From: Conidiobolus incongruus B7586
Taxonomy: Eukaryota
Reading direction: 5' to 3'
Length of the DNA: 37,257 nucleotides
NCBI GenBank assembly: GCA_000697335.1
Contig: JNEM01008356.1
Span: 1-37,257 of the forward strand
Below are positions 24,786 through 37,257 of the stretch, piece after piece. A program made the translations under genes and the position numbers. Each line of letters opens with the position of its first letter. The stretch's first letter is position 1. Under the pieces are notes generated by a model. That model had not been told where the DNA came from. It made no database searches and saw nothing but the letters and a program-made list of their open reading frames with translations.

Positions 24786-25841
24786 TTTTTACGCTTTTTT
24801 GAGAGAAATTATACCATCCTATTTATTAACAATCTATTAATTTTAAAATAGAATAACATCAAAAGAAAGAATTTGATATGATAAAATCTTATCTTTTTAT
24901 TTCAACATTTTCTACAAGTTTTTATTTTTTTTCATATCCTTTTTTATATTTTTTTTTCAAAATCAAAATTTATAACTTGAATACAATTAATGAAATCACT
25001 TGTTTCTACCTTGATTTTTTTAATATGATTTATATACAATTTAGTTACCTATTTCTATTTAAACACACAATAATAGTTCTTTTTCCATATATGACTTATA
25101 TTGAAAATATGAATATTATTCGAATTATCCTATATTGGATAAAATCAAAAATAACTTCACATAGCAAAATCATTAATTACAATCTATAATATTTAATTGT
25201 TATTTAATACGCCAATTTTTTGCAATTTTAAAAGAAAATTTGAAATATTATTGAGTTCACAAATACATAATTAATTTTTATTAATAATTTGAATTTTTTT
25301 TTGAAAAATATATGCTTTAGATATAATTATCTTTTATGAATATATTTTTATAATATATACTAAAGGCTATGTGAAACATAATTTTAATCTAACAATAATT
25401 GATCCCAATTTGGTTATTAATAACCCTTTTAAGGCTTAATGCATAAAGAATATTAACATGAAAATAATTATTAAAAATTTTGCAAATTATTTAGTGAATT
25501 AAAAGATACAAGATTAGTGTGCACAATTGGTCATCATATTAATTATAATTAATTAATAAATTATCCTCAGGACATAGACACAGATTCAAGTTTAAAATAT
25601 GATATAAATATAAAATAATAAATAATGAAAAATTATATGATTTAACTATATATTTGGGAAATAATGATATAGTATCTTGAAAGAATTTAATCTGATTACT
25701 AAATTATATTGTTCTATTTATTAATATATAAATATTAAGTTAAGGAATAACATAAGTAAAATGAATAATTATTCTATTTTATTAAAAGATTAAATTATAG
25801 GTTTTTTGATAAATATAGTATTGGTAATGATTCAATGATAA

Positions 25842-27713
25842 TTAGTCAGCTTTTGTAGTGTTAAGATTATCTGGAGGAGCACAAATATTCACATCAGGGA
25901 ATTTGAGATCGCTATTAAAAGTATTAATCAAACTAATCAATACACCATTGGTCCATCCAAATCCAGTTTGTACTTCGTACTCACCTCCACCTCCGTTCTT
26001 GCCGATGGTAGTAACGTCAAACTTTTCAAACATATGACCATCGTCAGTACCAGTGACATTGGCATTTCTCTCAAGGATACCCTCCAACGCTCCACCAGTT
26101 CTATACCAGCCGCAAAACACAGAGTTGAAATAGGTTTGAGATTGCTTCAGTGCCAATTTATATAGCTGCTGCTTCTGGCTGTCGTCTTGTAAATGATCTC
26201 TCACTTGTAACATGCCCATGATGAGCACGTATTCCAAAGGAGGCCAGCTGTTAGGAAGATCCCATTGCAAATGGCTTGGGAGTAAAGTGGAAGGAATACC
26301 ACCTGGGAATTTTTCAGAATATTCAGCAATTTTGTTGTACACTTTGCTCAAAGTATCGAGATCAGATTTCAATTGGTCAGGAATAGAGCCTGTCCAAAAT
26401 GGCCAGTAGTTGCTGGCAGCAAAATGGGGGTTCTGTTGCTTGAAGTCGAGGAGATAGTCATGGTAAGTGTGATCTGTGCTGTTCCACATTAATTCATACA
26501 TTAACTGAACGCGATCCTTGCTCCTTTGGTCGTATTGTTGGATGAGGTCCTTATGAACTTGGTTTTTGGCGCGATCTTGATCACAGTTCTCAGGTGATGT
26601 AGAGAGGATCAACTTGTGCAATTGGATCAGATTCCTTTCGATCTGATAGATTAATGCATTCAAATCCACAGGAATCACTTGTCTAGTATGCAATGAGCGA
26701 AGAGTAATGGTGTTGTTTTTAGTATAGTTTGTCAAAGTAGGCAAAATCCAACGAGTAGAATAATCCCATCCAGTTTCAGCACCTGTAGCTAAATCAGCAT
26801 ACAAATTGTTCTTTTGAGTTTGATTTATGCCAGGGGCATATTCTACGGTGAGATAATCTTCAATGAAGGACTCTGGACGAGGAGTATCATTAACGACGTC
26901 GTAGCGAGTTAGCTGACAGCGCTTTTTATCGGAGAAATTGCAAGGAACCTCCACGGAATGCTTATCCATCCAGTACTTGTACTCTTTGTCCAAGGTAGGG
27001 AGTGCGCTCTTGGCAAATTCAACGTCGTTGGTCTTATTGAGGTAGCTAATGACCATTTGCGACAACAATGGTGGCTGGGATCGATTTAAGAAATAATTAC
27101 GTGCTCCATTTGGAACAAAGCCATATGTTTCAACAAAGGTAAGGAAGTTGTTGAGCATCCCTTTAGTTGTATTGAATAACTCACCAATCATCAATCCTTC
27201 GAGCGCAAAATAAGTGTCCCAGTAGTAGAACTCTCTGAATCTGCCTCCAGGCACTATAAATGGATTTGGAATAGGCAGAAGCGAAGTGACACAGCCATCG
27301 CATAATTTGGATTTGGAGCTATTTTCACGGATGAGAGAAGACCAGTAGCCATGCACCTTTTTAGCAAAAGCTTTGACGCCCTTGTCATTGATTTGAGAAA
27401 GGAATTTGGGATTGTCGTTGAATTCGCTAAGCTTGACAGGGCTCAGCTCATATCCTGGCTCATGGAAATGGTCTTCAACAAACTTCTTCAACTTATCCTT
27501 GGTTGGATTATCTCCCAACGCATCAAACTCGTTAATCAATTGATGCTGAGGAACTTTGGTGGCCATGTCAACGAAAGATTTGGAATCCGGAAACAATCCA
27601 GCCATTTGGATGGTTTTCAGTATCTTTCCATTGCAGTATATAGGTGAATCGCATTTGATTTCTTGTGCAGATACGTTGAGTATCAGCAAGCTGATGACAG
27701 ATACTATGTTCAT
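25842..27713 (-). CDS. Secreted alpha,alpha-trehalase, glycoside hydrolase family 37, 623 aa, intronless
   Basis: Signal peptide MNIVSVISLLILNVSA. GH37 motifs DSKSFVDM, PGGRFREFYYWDTY, NRSQPP, PRPESF, AETGWDYSTRW, QWDLPNSWPPL and GGGGEYEVQTGFGWTNG. Confidence 0.96.
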   Translation of the reverse strand: MNIVSVISLLILNVSAQEIKCDSPIYCNGKILKTIQMAGLFPDSKSFVDMATKVPQHQLINEFDALGDNPTKDKLKKFVEDHFHEPGYELSPVKLSEFNDNPKFLSQINDKGVKAFAKKVHGYWSSLIRENSSKSKLCDGCVTSLLPIPNPFIVPGGRFREFYYWDTYFALEGLMIGELFNTTKGMLNNFLTFVETYGFVPNGARNYFLNRSQPPLLSQMVISYLNKTNDVEFAKSALPTLDKEYKYWMDKHSVEVPCNFSDKKRCQLTRYDVVNDTPRPESFIEDYLTVEYAPGINQTQKNNLYADLATGAETGWDYSTRWILPTLTNYTKNNTITLRSLHTRQVIPVDLNALIYQIERNLIQLHKLILSTSPENCDQDRAKNQVHKDLIQQYDQRSKDRVQLMYELMWNSTDHTYHDYLLDFKQQNPHFAASNYWPFWTGSIPDQLKSDLDTLSKVYNKIAEYSEKFPGGIPSTLLPSHLQWDLPNSWPPLEYVLIMGMLQVRDHLQDDSQKQQLYKLALKQSQTYFNSVFCGWYRTGGALEGILERNANVTGTDDGHMFEKFDVTTIGKNGGGGEYEVQTGFGWTNGVLISLINTFNSDLKFPDVNICAPPDNLNTTKAD

Positions 27714-27893
27714 TGGCTGGTATTAAATATATAATTAGTGTAAGCTAGATGTATATATAAGAATAAATTAGAGTTAAAAGAGCTAACAGATCAGAAACCA
27801 AGTTCTTATAAAACTTTGAGGCGTCTGATGGACTTACTTTTATACTTTTTCCAGATGTACTAGCATTTGAACATCTTTACCATATTAGGTTTT

Positions 27894-27907
27894 CCCCCCT
27901 CCCCCCT
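27894..27907 (-). promoter_or_regulatory. Tandem STRE-like (AGGGG/CCCCT) elements upstream of trehalase
   Basis: CCCCCCTCCCCCCT about 180 nt upstream of the trehalase ATG, conspicuous in AT-rich DNA. Confidence 0.4.
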
Positions 27908-29295
27908 CTCTTAATTTATACGCACGAATTTTGAAATGTTAACTCTAATTAAATTGAATTAAGGTTTCAAATAATACTAGTATTTAATAAAAAGAACTAA
28001 TAATAAAGATTAAGAAATACACGATAAACATGATTGTATTGATTACAATCTATAAGCTATATTATATGTAAACATATACTATATTATTAGTATAGTTGTA
28101 TATTCAGGTTAGGCTTTAATTGGTTAAAGGTTATGCTAAATGTATTGGACAATGTTTTGATACTGAAATGACGTAGTAGAGTATTTGATATCCATAATCT
28201 AGAATAATAAATACAAGATGAAAATATCATAAGATTGCCGGAGTAATAATGATGAGAATTTATCGTTTTTTAATACTTGTCAAAATACTTTAGTTTACAC
28301 AAATCATACATAGTGTTCAATGATTCTATTCAGCTACAATGACCAGTGATGTAAAATGAAGGAGTGTGGGGGTACAGGTTTATTTGATTGATCCGAAATT
28401 CCACTCCAAATGTAATTGGATTAATAGTGGAATAGGTAGGTTAAAATAATCGTTAGCTTTTTTATCAAAAAAGTTATATTCATTTTCTCATTCAACCGAT
28501 CTTCAAAAAGGATTACATAAATTTGTTAAAACTGGGGAATTTTTCTCCCATACTCTTTATCAATTGGATTCTCTATTGAATTATTACAATTGTGGTAATA
28601 TTAAGTAGGATTTAATATAATTTTAAGTTGCACTTGTTTTATTATCTTTAATAAATACCGCGATAATAAAAACAATAAAAATAACGCCAATAATTAAAAA
28701 TATGTGGATGATTAATGATTGTAAAATTGATAATACAAATGGTTTTAATTTTGAATTAGAATAATGCATGAATATTTTTAATTTAATTTTTTGATAAAAT
28801 TGTGAAATAACGATATATTTCTCCATTCCAAGAGCCAGTTAGGTTTGTATTATATAAAATATATCCAATAAATTTCTTGGAATAATAAATTCAATTGTCA
28901 AAAAAATCCCTTATGAAATCATCGCTTTCATTCAGTTTAATAATCTTGAATAAATAATAACTTTATATTAATAAATAATATATATCTAATGTCGGTATAT
29001 AAGCTAAAATTTATCTAGAATATTGATAAAGTATCATATCACTTAATATTTCATTCATTTGGCTGTGGAACATTAAAAACATCATGTAAAATTTTACTTA
29101 TCACCAGTAATCAAAGTTGTTGAAAATTGATGAGGTATTTTCCTACTTTCAAACCAAATCTTGATTAATTTCAAACACAATAATGTTCAATACTTATAGA
29201 ATCATAACTGTTTGGAAAAATAAATTGAATCAGATATATCTTGGATATTATTGTTTAACGCAGTTGATAAAATATCATTAACTCATATTTAAGAC

Positions 29296-29315
29296 TATTA
29301 TTATTATTATTATTA
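29296..29315. repeat. (TAT)n microsatellite
   Basis: TATTATTATTATTATTATTA. A similar short tract lies near 21923-21938. Confidence 0.6.
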
Positions 29316-30688
29316 TCAATGAAAAAATCAAGAGAATAATACCATTTAGCTGATTTCATGGTAACAAAATTGATAATTCGCAGCATTCCACAATAATTAA
29401 AAGACTGATTTAACTGGTTACCAGTATTCAAGTCTAGACTAATTCTATTTTCCTTATTTAGTCTACATCAAACATATATACTCACCATTAATTTATTTTC
29501 AAAATAATCCAAATATATTTTGCTAAAATTCAATTTGTTGTTAATATTTCATATCATATTAATAAATTAAGGACAAAATTTGTATATATTCTCTATTGAA
29601 TTTATTATTTTAAATTGCTTTTTGGATTATATAACTTTATCTAATATATATCAATACATGAAATTTGAGTGAAACTTTTAATTGGAATCAGTTGATTACT
29701 TTTTGTTAATATTATGCAAGATTATTAATATATATTATCAACTGCAATAGCCAATTTTGATGAGTTAATATCTAAATTGTAATCTTTTAAGAACACTAAA
29801 TAATTTGATTTCATAATGCTAATAATAATAATATAATTTTTTCAAATTATTTGTTATATTTGGATTAAATTTATTTCTAACACCTATTAATTTATAATAT
29901 TACATTTGTACAGATTGTCATTTTTATCAAAAAGTATCATATTCAAAATGATTTCAAATTACACAGTCACAACTAAAAACTATTACTTAAAAATCATTTT
30001 CATTAGATTAATATTGAATATCACTCATATTATCTATTTATTTAGTTTTTTGTGAACTATTTTGATATTTCCTATTTTGTATTTGTTTAATATGAAATTC
30101 TAACTATGAAAAAGTGTAGGATTTGAAATTAATTTATGTTTAGTATTGTATCATAGAATCATTTATCTATTATTATAGCATATTTTAATTATAATGTTAT
30201 TAAACCAATAATAAGAATAAAATATTAAATATAATATCTAAAACTCTATTTCATTAATTTAGGAATGTATTATTAATGGCTGAGTTGAAAGGATTTCACT
30301 AAATTTAATATTCAAACTAAAAATAACAAAGAAAAATTATGAAAATAATCAGTTTGCTTGTTTATATTTTCATATTATAATCATTCTCCAAAGAATATAT
30401 AAATATCTTAGTTATTAGTTTTTGCAAGCGTTTTGTAAATTTTTGTATCTAATCATAGTAATAAAGAAATATGAACGTGGTTATACTTTATTGGGCCAAT
30501 ACTTTGAATTTAAGGATAAAATATAATGGATATATTGAATATAATTGTTTAAATTGTATGAATGATAAATGTGTGAATAGAAATCCCTTAATAATTCCAA
30601 TTCAATAAATGACATTTTAAAGTTTAAATGATGGTATCAATTTGATTAAATTCAGTCTTATTCACTTCTCTAATTCATTTCAATCTAT

Positions 30689-33287
30689 ATGAGCTTTTTA
30701 TTTTCTGGCTTTTCATCAACTGAAGATCCTAATGGAGACCCCTCAATCACCGAAACTATTCAGATTTACACAGATAGACTCATCACATCTACTTTTATTG
30801 AAGATCGAAGAGCAAGTTTGCTTGGTTTAAAAAATTTTGCAAAAACTCACAAAAATGTATTATTAATAATTTTATTTATTTTATTTAATACCAATTTATT
30901 TTAGCAAATAGGAATATCGTGCTTAGATGGTATTATAAGGGTTATTTCTGAAGATAAAGATGATCCCAACATGCTAAAGGCGGCTTTAGAAACATTGAAT
31001 TCATTATTTACTCCGGAAAATCAAGTGAGGATTTTTAAAATCTTCATTATTCTTGATAACTAACTATTTTCTTTAGGATATAGAGAATTTAGGATTTACT
31101 TTTGCCGAAACTTTTGCTAAAGTAATATTAAATACTAATATTTTTTATATTAAATTAATTTTTTACTAGGAATTCAAAAATATATCTTATATTATTGATA
31201 CTTTAGCTGTAAATGATTTTTATGTTAGATTTTACGCTTTGCAATCACTTTCCAAATTATACTCACATGTTTCTCATTTGGTTCAATCTGGAATTTTATC
31301 CAATCCTAATACAGTAGGCTTTTTGACAGAGTTGCTATTGGAAGAAAATGAGAGATTAAGAAGTGATACTTTGTTATTTCTTATTTCTATTACTGAATCC
31401 AATCCTGAATTACAGAAGATGGTAGCATTTCAAAACATTTTTGAAAACCTATATCATATAATAACTAAAGAAGGAGGAATGGAAGGGGATATCGTAGTTC
31501 AAGATTGTATCACATTGATGCAGAATTTGTTAAAAAACAATCCTTCAAACTTGAGCTTTTTCAGGGAATCGAGCTATATCCAGCGAATCCCTTTAATACT
31601 GCCTGAAGATATGGAATATTGGAGAAGCCAAAAGATAGCTAATACAATCGCATTAATGGGGTTGATACGATGTCTAGCTATACCCAGAGGCATCCATTCT
31701 AAAGCCAATCAGACTGTTATGGGACAATGTGGGTTAATACCACAGCTAATCGAATTATGCTCTAATCCTCAAATACCTACTATCCTTAAATCACATATAC
31801 TATTTGCCATTGGCCATGTCGCTCGAGATCATTCAATAAATCAAGCATTCATCTCACAATCCATGGTTCAGTCTTCACCTCCTGAGCCATTTTTAGTTTA
31901 TCTCACTCAAATTTGTGTTGGAGAGGATCAAGATCCTTCACTTCGCATTGCCTCATTGCATGTCATTGAAAGCTATCTTTGGTCTAACCCAGATGGACAA
32001 TCCGCATTAGTGTCTACATTGAACTTACCTCCTAATTTGAATCGAAATGAGAAAAGTTCATCCATCCCTCAATCTGTTGGTTCTATCATTCTTGATGGTT
32101 TAATCAAAATCCCAAATGACGAGTCCAGTTTTATTCAATCATGGGCCACCACTCTTGCTTTAGCTCATATTTTGTATAAAAACAATCAGTGTAAGACTAT
32201 GGCTCTCTCCATTTGTATTGATCATAACAATCCAAGTTACGACAATTATTTGATTCATTTAATTTCCAAAAGATTTTTGCAATCCATTACCCAAGAGCAC
32301 AAAAGCGATTCTCAGATTCGTTCATGTATAGGATACTTGTCTTTACTATGCATCTGGCTTCATGATAGTCCAATTTCAATTGCACGATTCCTTGAACAAG
32401 AATCCAATTTAAAATATTTTGTGGAACAATGCCATCAATCTGTTTCAAGTCATCCTATGATTCAAGGTTTATGTGCTTTTCTTTTGTGTATAATATATCA
32501 ATTTAGTGATGATAAAATATCTCCCATTCGTTTAAATGCCTTAAGAAGTACCATTCTTAATAGAATGGATCTAGATCATATTGTTAACGCTATTGGACGT
32601 TTAAGAGATATCCCAATCTTCAGAAATGCTATGCCATGGTATCAAGTACCCGATACTTTCAATCAAGAAATTGGCTTTACTTTAGCTCCATTTTATTTTG
32701 ATTATCAATTTGTTGAGTTTTTAAAAGGAAATTTTGAGATTGCTCAGCAGACATTGGTTCAAGATCGCTGCAAAACTCCTTCACAGATGGATGTTGTAGC
32801 TAACTTAAAGAACCAGCTTATTCATAAAGATGAAATCATCAACCAATTGAGCGATCGACTTACTCAACTTGAAGCAAAAGAACAAAATTACCATTTTGAA
32901 ATAGATAGATTGAAAAAATTGCTCCAAAAAGCTGGTATTTCCAATTCAAATGACATAACTGAACTAGTTTCTTCAAACGAGCAATCTTCCACAATTAATA
33001 ATTCAGGACAGAGTAAATTACCAGAACCGACTACTCTTCAGCCAGTTATAGTATCAGGATCTACTCCCATTTCACCACAGTCAGTTACTCCTGTTAACAA
33101 TATATCCAATTCATCTCCACCTCCCAAGTCGAGTCCATCATCTAATCTCACAACACCTATATCGCCTGTTAACCATACTTCTCCTAAACCCAAATCACCT
33201 TCACCCCCACCTCCTCAACATTTCCAACCATCTCAGCCTCCTCAATCTAATAATGCACCAAAGAAGAATAATATTATGTATCTGTAA
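30689..33287 (+). CDS. USO1: Uso1/p115 ER-Golgi vesicle tethering factor, about 816 aa; exons 30689-30856, 30905-31024, 31077-31121, 31170-33287
   Basis: ETIQIYTDRLITSTFIEDRRASLLGLKNF, NDFYVRFYALQ, ELQKMVAFQNIFENL...EGGMEGDIVVQDCITLMQNLLKNNPSN...FRE and IQGLCAFLL are p115 head-domain motifs. Three phase-0 introns. Confidence 0.92.
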
Positions 33288-33587
33288 TTTGCTATTAAAT
33301 TTAAAATATGGCAATTTAATAAACTCCAAATATAAATCGAATATACTATGTAGTATATTTGATATTCGCTTATTTCATAATTACTGCTAGACCTAAAAAT
33401 ATTTCAAATACTAACTATATATATTTAATATATTTAAAACATCTATTATATTCATTGATATATAATGTGAAAAAGAAACAAAATCTATATCAATTTTGGA
33501 TCATGTTAATAATAAAAATATTTAATGTAAATTGTAAAACCAATTTTTATAAAATTAAAATATTATAATCAACCTAATATGAATCAT

Positions 33588-36267
33588 TTAGTCTTCTTTT
33601 TCATCCTTGTAATCGGGATTCTTCTTAAGAATCACAAAGCTTTCGAGAATATGTGAACATGATATATATTCCTCTGTAGCCAATTCAGCGCGTTCAGAAT
33701 AAGCAAGTAAGACTGGGGTAGAGTGGGTTTGGAATCCAGTAATAGTTTTAGGGCGACCAGCTTGTCCAACAACATCAACTGCTTGACCAACTCTAACAGT
33801 TGTGGGAAGAGGTTCAAGATTCTCATCCAATGTGATTAAGAACCTTGGATAAATAGCAGTTACCAAATAGTACAAGAAGTAATGAGAGCTAGCAAATATT
33901 GTGTTGTTGGCATCAGTGAGAGCAGTTAAGGTGACCAATAAACCAGACAAGGCAGTTGAAGATAACAAATTGCGATCAGAATGAGATGGAGTAGCAGAAA
34001 GGGTACCTTTACCCATATGTAATAAACCTTGAGCGACACGAACCATGAATAAGCAGTTGGGATCTTTATGGTAGTAAGAAGCAAGTTGACGAAGCATTTG
34101 TGCAAGACGAGCATTATTGGTACCAGCTCCAACGAGACCAAGAGCAAAAATGGCATTAATAGCTACATTAACATCATTGTCATGAGAATATTTAGAAAGA
34201 GTATCCAAAACAGGAACAGTAGGATTCGAAGTGCATTCCAAAGCAATGGCCAAGGGGACGGCTCTTCTGATAACAGGTTCACCATAATGCATTAAATGAC
34301 TAAAAGTACGCATAGCCATTTCTGAACCAATTTCTTCGCCCATAGCAATTAAAGCGACTCCTAAAACGGCAAATGCTTGGTATTGATCATCTTCTTTTTC
34401 CTTATCTAAGTGGTCATTGCAAATATGAAGCATTTCTTGAACTTTAAGAACATTTCCGGTTCCAGCATAGGAACAAGCAAGGACCATGACATAAACTAAA
34501 TCAGAAAGTGGATGGCTAATGGTTTTAAGAGCTTCCAAAATAGGCTCAGAAGCATCTTGTTTACCCAAGCATAATAAAGCAAGTCCTAAGCCCATGAATC
34601 TAGCGTGAGAGTCTTTAAGTTGAGAATCTTCACGTTCCATAAAAGTTTGAAGGATACTACTAGTAATTTCACCATTTAATGAACCTACACAGATCATACC
34701 AATTGATAAAGCAGCCATAGATGAGATTTCCATGGTAACAGTAGTGTCAGTAACCAAAGGAAGCAAGTGGTCAACAAGATCAGAATGATTGGAACCTGCA
34801 TGAGCGATACCTAAACCTGCAATAGATCCAATTCGAGTTGTATTGTTGGTTCCATAAACATATTCAGAGAGTAAAGCAAAAGCGGGGTCATTTTCGGATT
34901 TGGTGCGGTTTGTCAAAATACCAATAGCTAAAAGAGCACCAGCTTTAGTATAGTCATCGTTACTATACATGTATCTATCAATTTGTGCAAGACCAGTTTC
35001 AACATCCCATAAATAGATCATACCCAAAGCGGCAACAGCAGAAACCTTACCATGATCTTTGTGCTTGTATACCCAAACGTTTGAATCTTCAGTGTTAGTG
35101 ATAAGTTTATCAGAGCAAAAAGCAGCATTTACAAAAGCGTTGGTAAAAGTGGCAGCCAAATTTTGAGAAGCAGAATCAACTCCAGAAGAACCAAAAGTAT
35201 TTTCAAGATGAGTTTTATAAATATCATTGGGAAGCTTTGGTTCTAATACATCCAATTCTTTAGCCAAAGCGAGGAAATGCTTGGAAAGGTGGGTGTTGTT
35301 AAAAATATCAATATACTCTTGATCTTCAACTTCAACTGATAAATCTTGGCGAGCTAATAAAAAGGCTAATTGTTTTCTAACGCTACCTTCAGGACAAGCG
35401 AAGAATGTTTCTTTGATTAATTCTGGATCACTCAATCGAATGGCCAATAAGATTGAATGTGTCCATTGTTCTTGAGCAAAATAAATTGAATAAGCAGTGC
35501 GCAAAAATTCTATATCATCTGGAGGAGGCAATAAATTGACACATCTATATGAAAATTAGTGTATGTGAATATTAGTTGAAAATTATAACATACCTAACCA
35601 TATAAAGACCAACTCTTTCATACGTATTCTTATCCACGAATTGAGGAAGCTTATCAATAGATTCCAATTCGTAGAGCAAATCAACGGCATCAGCTTCAGC
35701 GTTATGCTTTAAGAAAAAGGGAACAATTTCCAAAGCCAGCTTAAGCAAGTCCTCTACTTCTGGATTTGTATTAGACTGACGAATGTTAAATTCTTTGCCA
35801 ATTTCGAGGGAAAGATATCTAATATATTCGTGTCCCCATGATTCGAGATTCTCTTGAGAACCTGCTAAGCGGTATTTGAGACATAAATGGTTGGATTCGT
35901 CGCCATGAGTCATAGAAAGAATGGATAAAATATCAGCCAATAGTAATTTTCTCTTGTCTTCCATCCAACTTTCATAAGTGGTAACTAAAGTATCGTAGAA
36001 CCTTGAGAGAAATTTCAATGGTTTGGGAACTGAGGTCATTGAAGTAGTGGCAGTTTTAATGATAGTGCTCATACTATCTAAAGCTTGTTCATGGGAAGAA
36101 ATTTTGGTTGAGTCACTCAAAATATTAACCAGTTGTTCGAGTTGATTTAATAGTTCAAGGTCTTCCTCAGATAAGTCCTCATCGGGATTTTTCTCCTTCT
36201 TTTTGTCTTTTGTTAGGGTGTCTTTGACATTATTGTTGTTTTTGTTAATAGTTTGTTCTTGAGTCAT
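33588..36267 (-). CDS. RPN1: 26S proteasome regulatory subunit Rpn1 (PSMD2), about 876 aa; exons 36267-35594, 35544-33588
   Basis: TTSMTSVPKPLKFL, WGHEYIR, HNAEADAVDLL, NARLAQMLRQLASYY and VRVGQAVDVVGQAGRPKTITGFQTHSTPVLL. One 49-nt GTATGT...ATAG intron joins the two track ORFs. Confidence 0.98.
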
Positions 36268-37257
36268 TATATAATATTGATCAATTTAAAAAAATTGAAT
36301 TATTTAAAAACTTATGACGCGTACATATCTATTTAAATTTCATTAATCCCATAATTATTTATTACAATTCATCCTTGAACATCTAAATTTTAAAAATGAT
36401 CAATAAAGTCATCATTGATTCAATAATTTTTCAATACAAAATGAATTTTTATTTTAATATATGAAATCAAAATTCTTGATATTTTAGTATATCTCTATTT
36501 CATTTATATATCTTTATATAATTCATATGATTTTTGTTAAATTATTTGTATTATTCAAATGACAATCGTTTGATTAAATAATTTTCATTGGTATATTAAG
36601 TTTACAAATCAATCATTATTATAACTATTATCTGTAATTTACTGCTTAATTATTTATATTCTATCATCCCCAATTTCAATAAAATCATTAAAATAATTAT
36701 ACCCAACTTTCCAACGTAGCTTTATTGGATATTGTTAAATATTATCATTTCTTTATGGGTTATGAAATTTAATATCAAATATAAAAATTAAGTCATATAT
36801 AATACTCTAAATATTAAACTAACTAATTTTAATTATTTAAATAAAAATGATTGAGCAAAAATAACATCAATTTAATAATAAAAATTTCCTTTTTTTCCAA
36901 AATGAAATTTCATATTAATTATAATTGTTTTACCTTTTTACAATGGTTATTATAATTTATCTTTATAATAAATCTTTAAATTTAAATTACAAAGTTAAAT
37001 ATTAATTCTTTTTTAAATCAAATTAATTAATTTGACCAATTATTATAATTATATTAATTCATATTTAGTGACAAAGGTGGATATGATAACAATCGCTAGT
37101 TTTTTTAATAAATAATGCTTGAATGATTTTAGTTATATATATGGCTATTAATAAATAAAATAAAAAATTATTTAATTAAATTTAAAAATATTAATGAATA
37201 ATAATCATTAAAAACCAAAAATATATTATTATAATATATTTTTAATAATAATAATTA

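Noticed and set aside
24878..25189. 103-aa F/I/Y-rich ORF
   Set aside because: Poly-T low-complexity region just downstream of the 24394 gene, likely 3' UTR or intergenic.
28623..29450. 67-aa TM-like ORF plus upstream minus-strand fragments, a possible eroded membrane-protein gene
   Set aside because: The fragments could not be joined into a recognisable protein, so support is insufficient.
33359..33568. 69-aa ORF between USO1 and RPN1
   Set aside because: AT-rich convergent terminator region with a non-ATG start.
36315..36322. TGACGCGT (MCB/CRE-like) 50 nt upstream of RPN1, and TGACGTTA at 6488-6495 upstream of USP
   Set aside because: Single short motifs, and no Rpn4 PACE (GGTGGCAAA) was seen. 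Cannot be distinguished from chance.

Overview
Very AT-rich eukaryotic nuclear DNA with short GT-AG introns (about 47-75 nt). The gene set is fungal, and the composition plus a secreted GH37 trehalase suggest an early-diverging, possibly Entomophthorales/Conidiobolus-like fungus (inference). Spliced genes reconstructed by hand: SFT2, a quadruple-CX9C protein, a universal stress protein (USP), complex I subunit NDUFS3, the HEL2/ZNF598 E3 ligase, a small single-pass membrane protein, USO1/p115 and RPN1. Also present: an intronless zinc-ribbon protein, an intronless secreted trehalase and a decayed P-loop ATPase. The most interesting signal lies below the ORF-track cut-off. Two divergent, TATA-preceded micro-genes (11583-11693 minus, 36 aa; 15895-15999 plus, 34 aa) each encode a 23-aa signal peptide followed only by an AP...RR-x-P tail (APAPDAGVARRYP; APQAPRRMPLK). 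Two or three other small secreted precursors lie in the same 16 kb, suggesting an unannotated secreted-peptide system. No rRNA, tRNA, CRISPR or intact mobile element was recognised.
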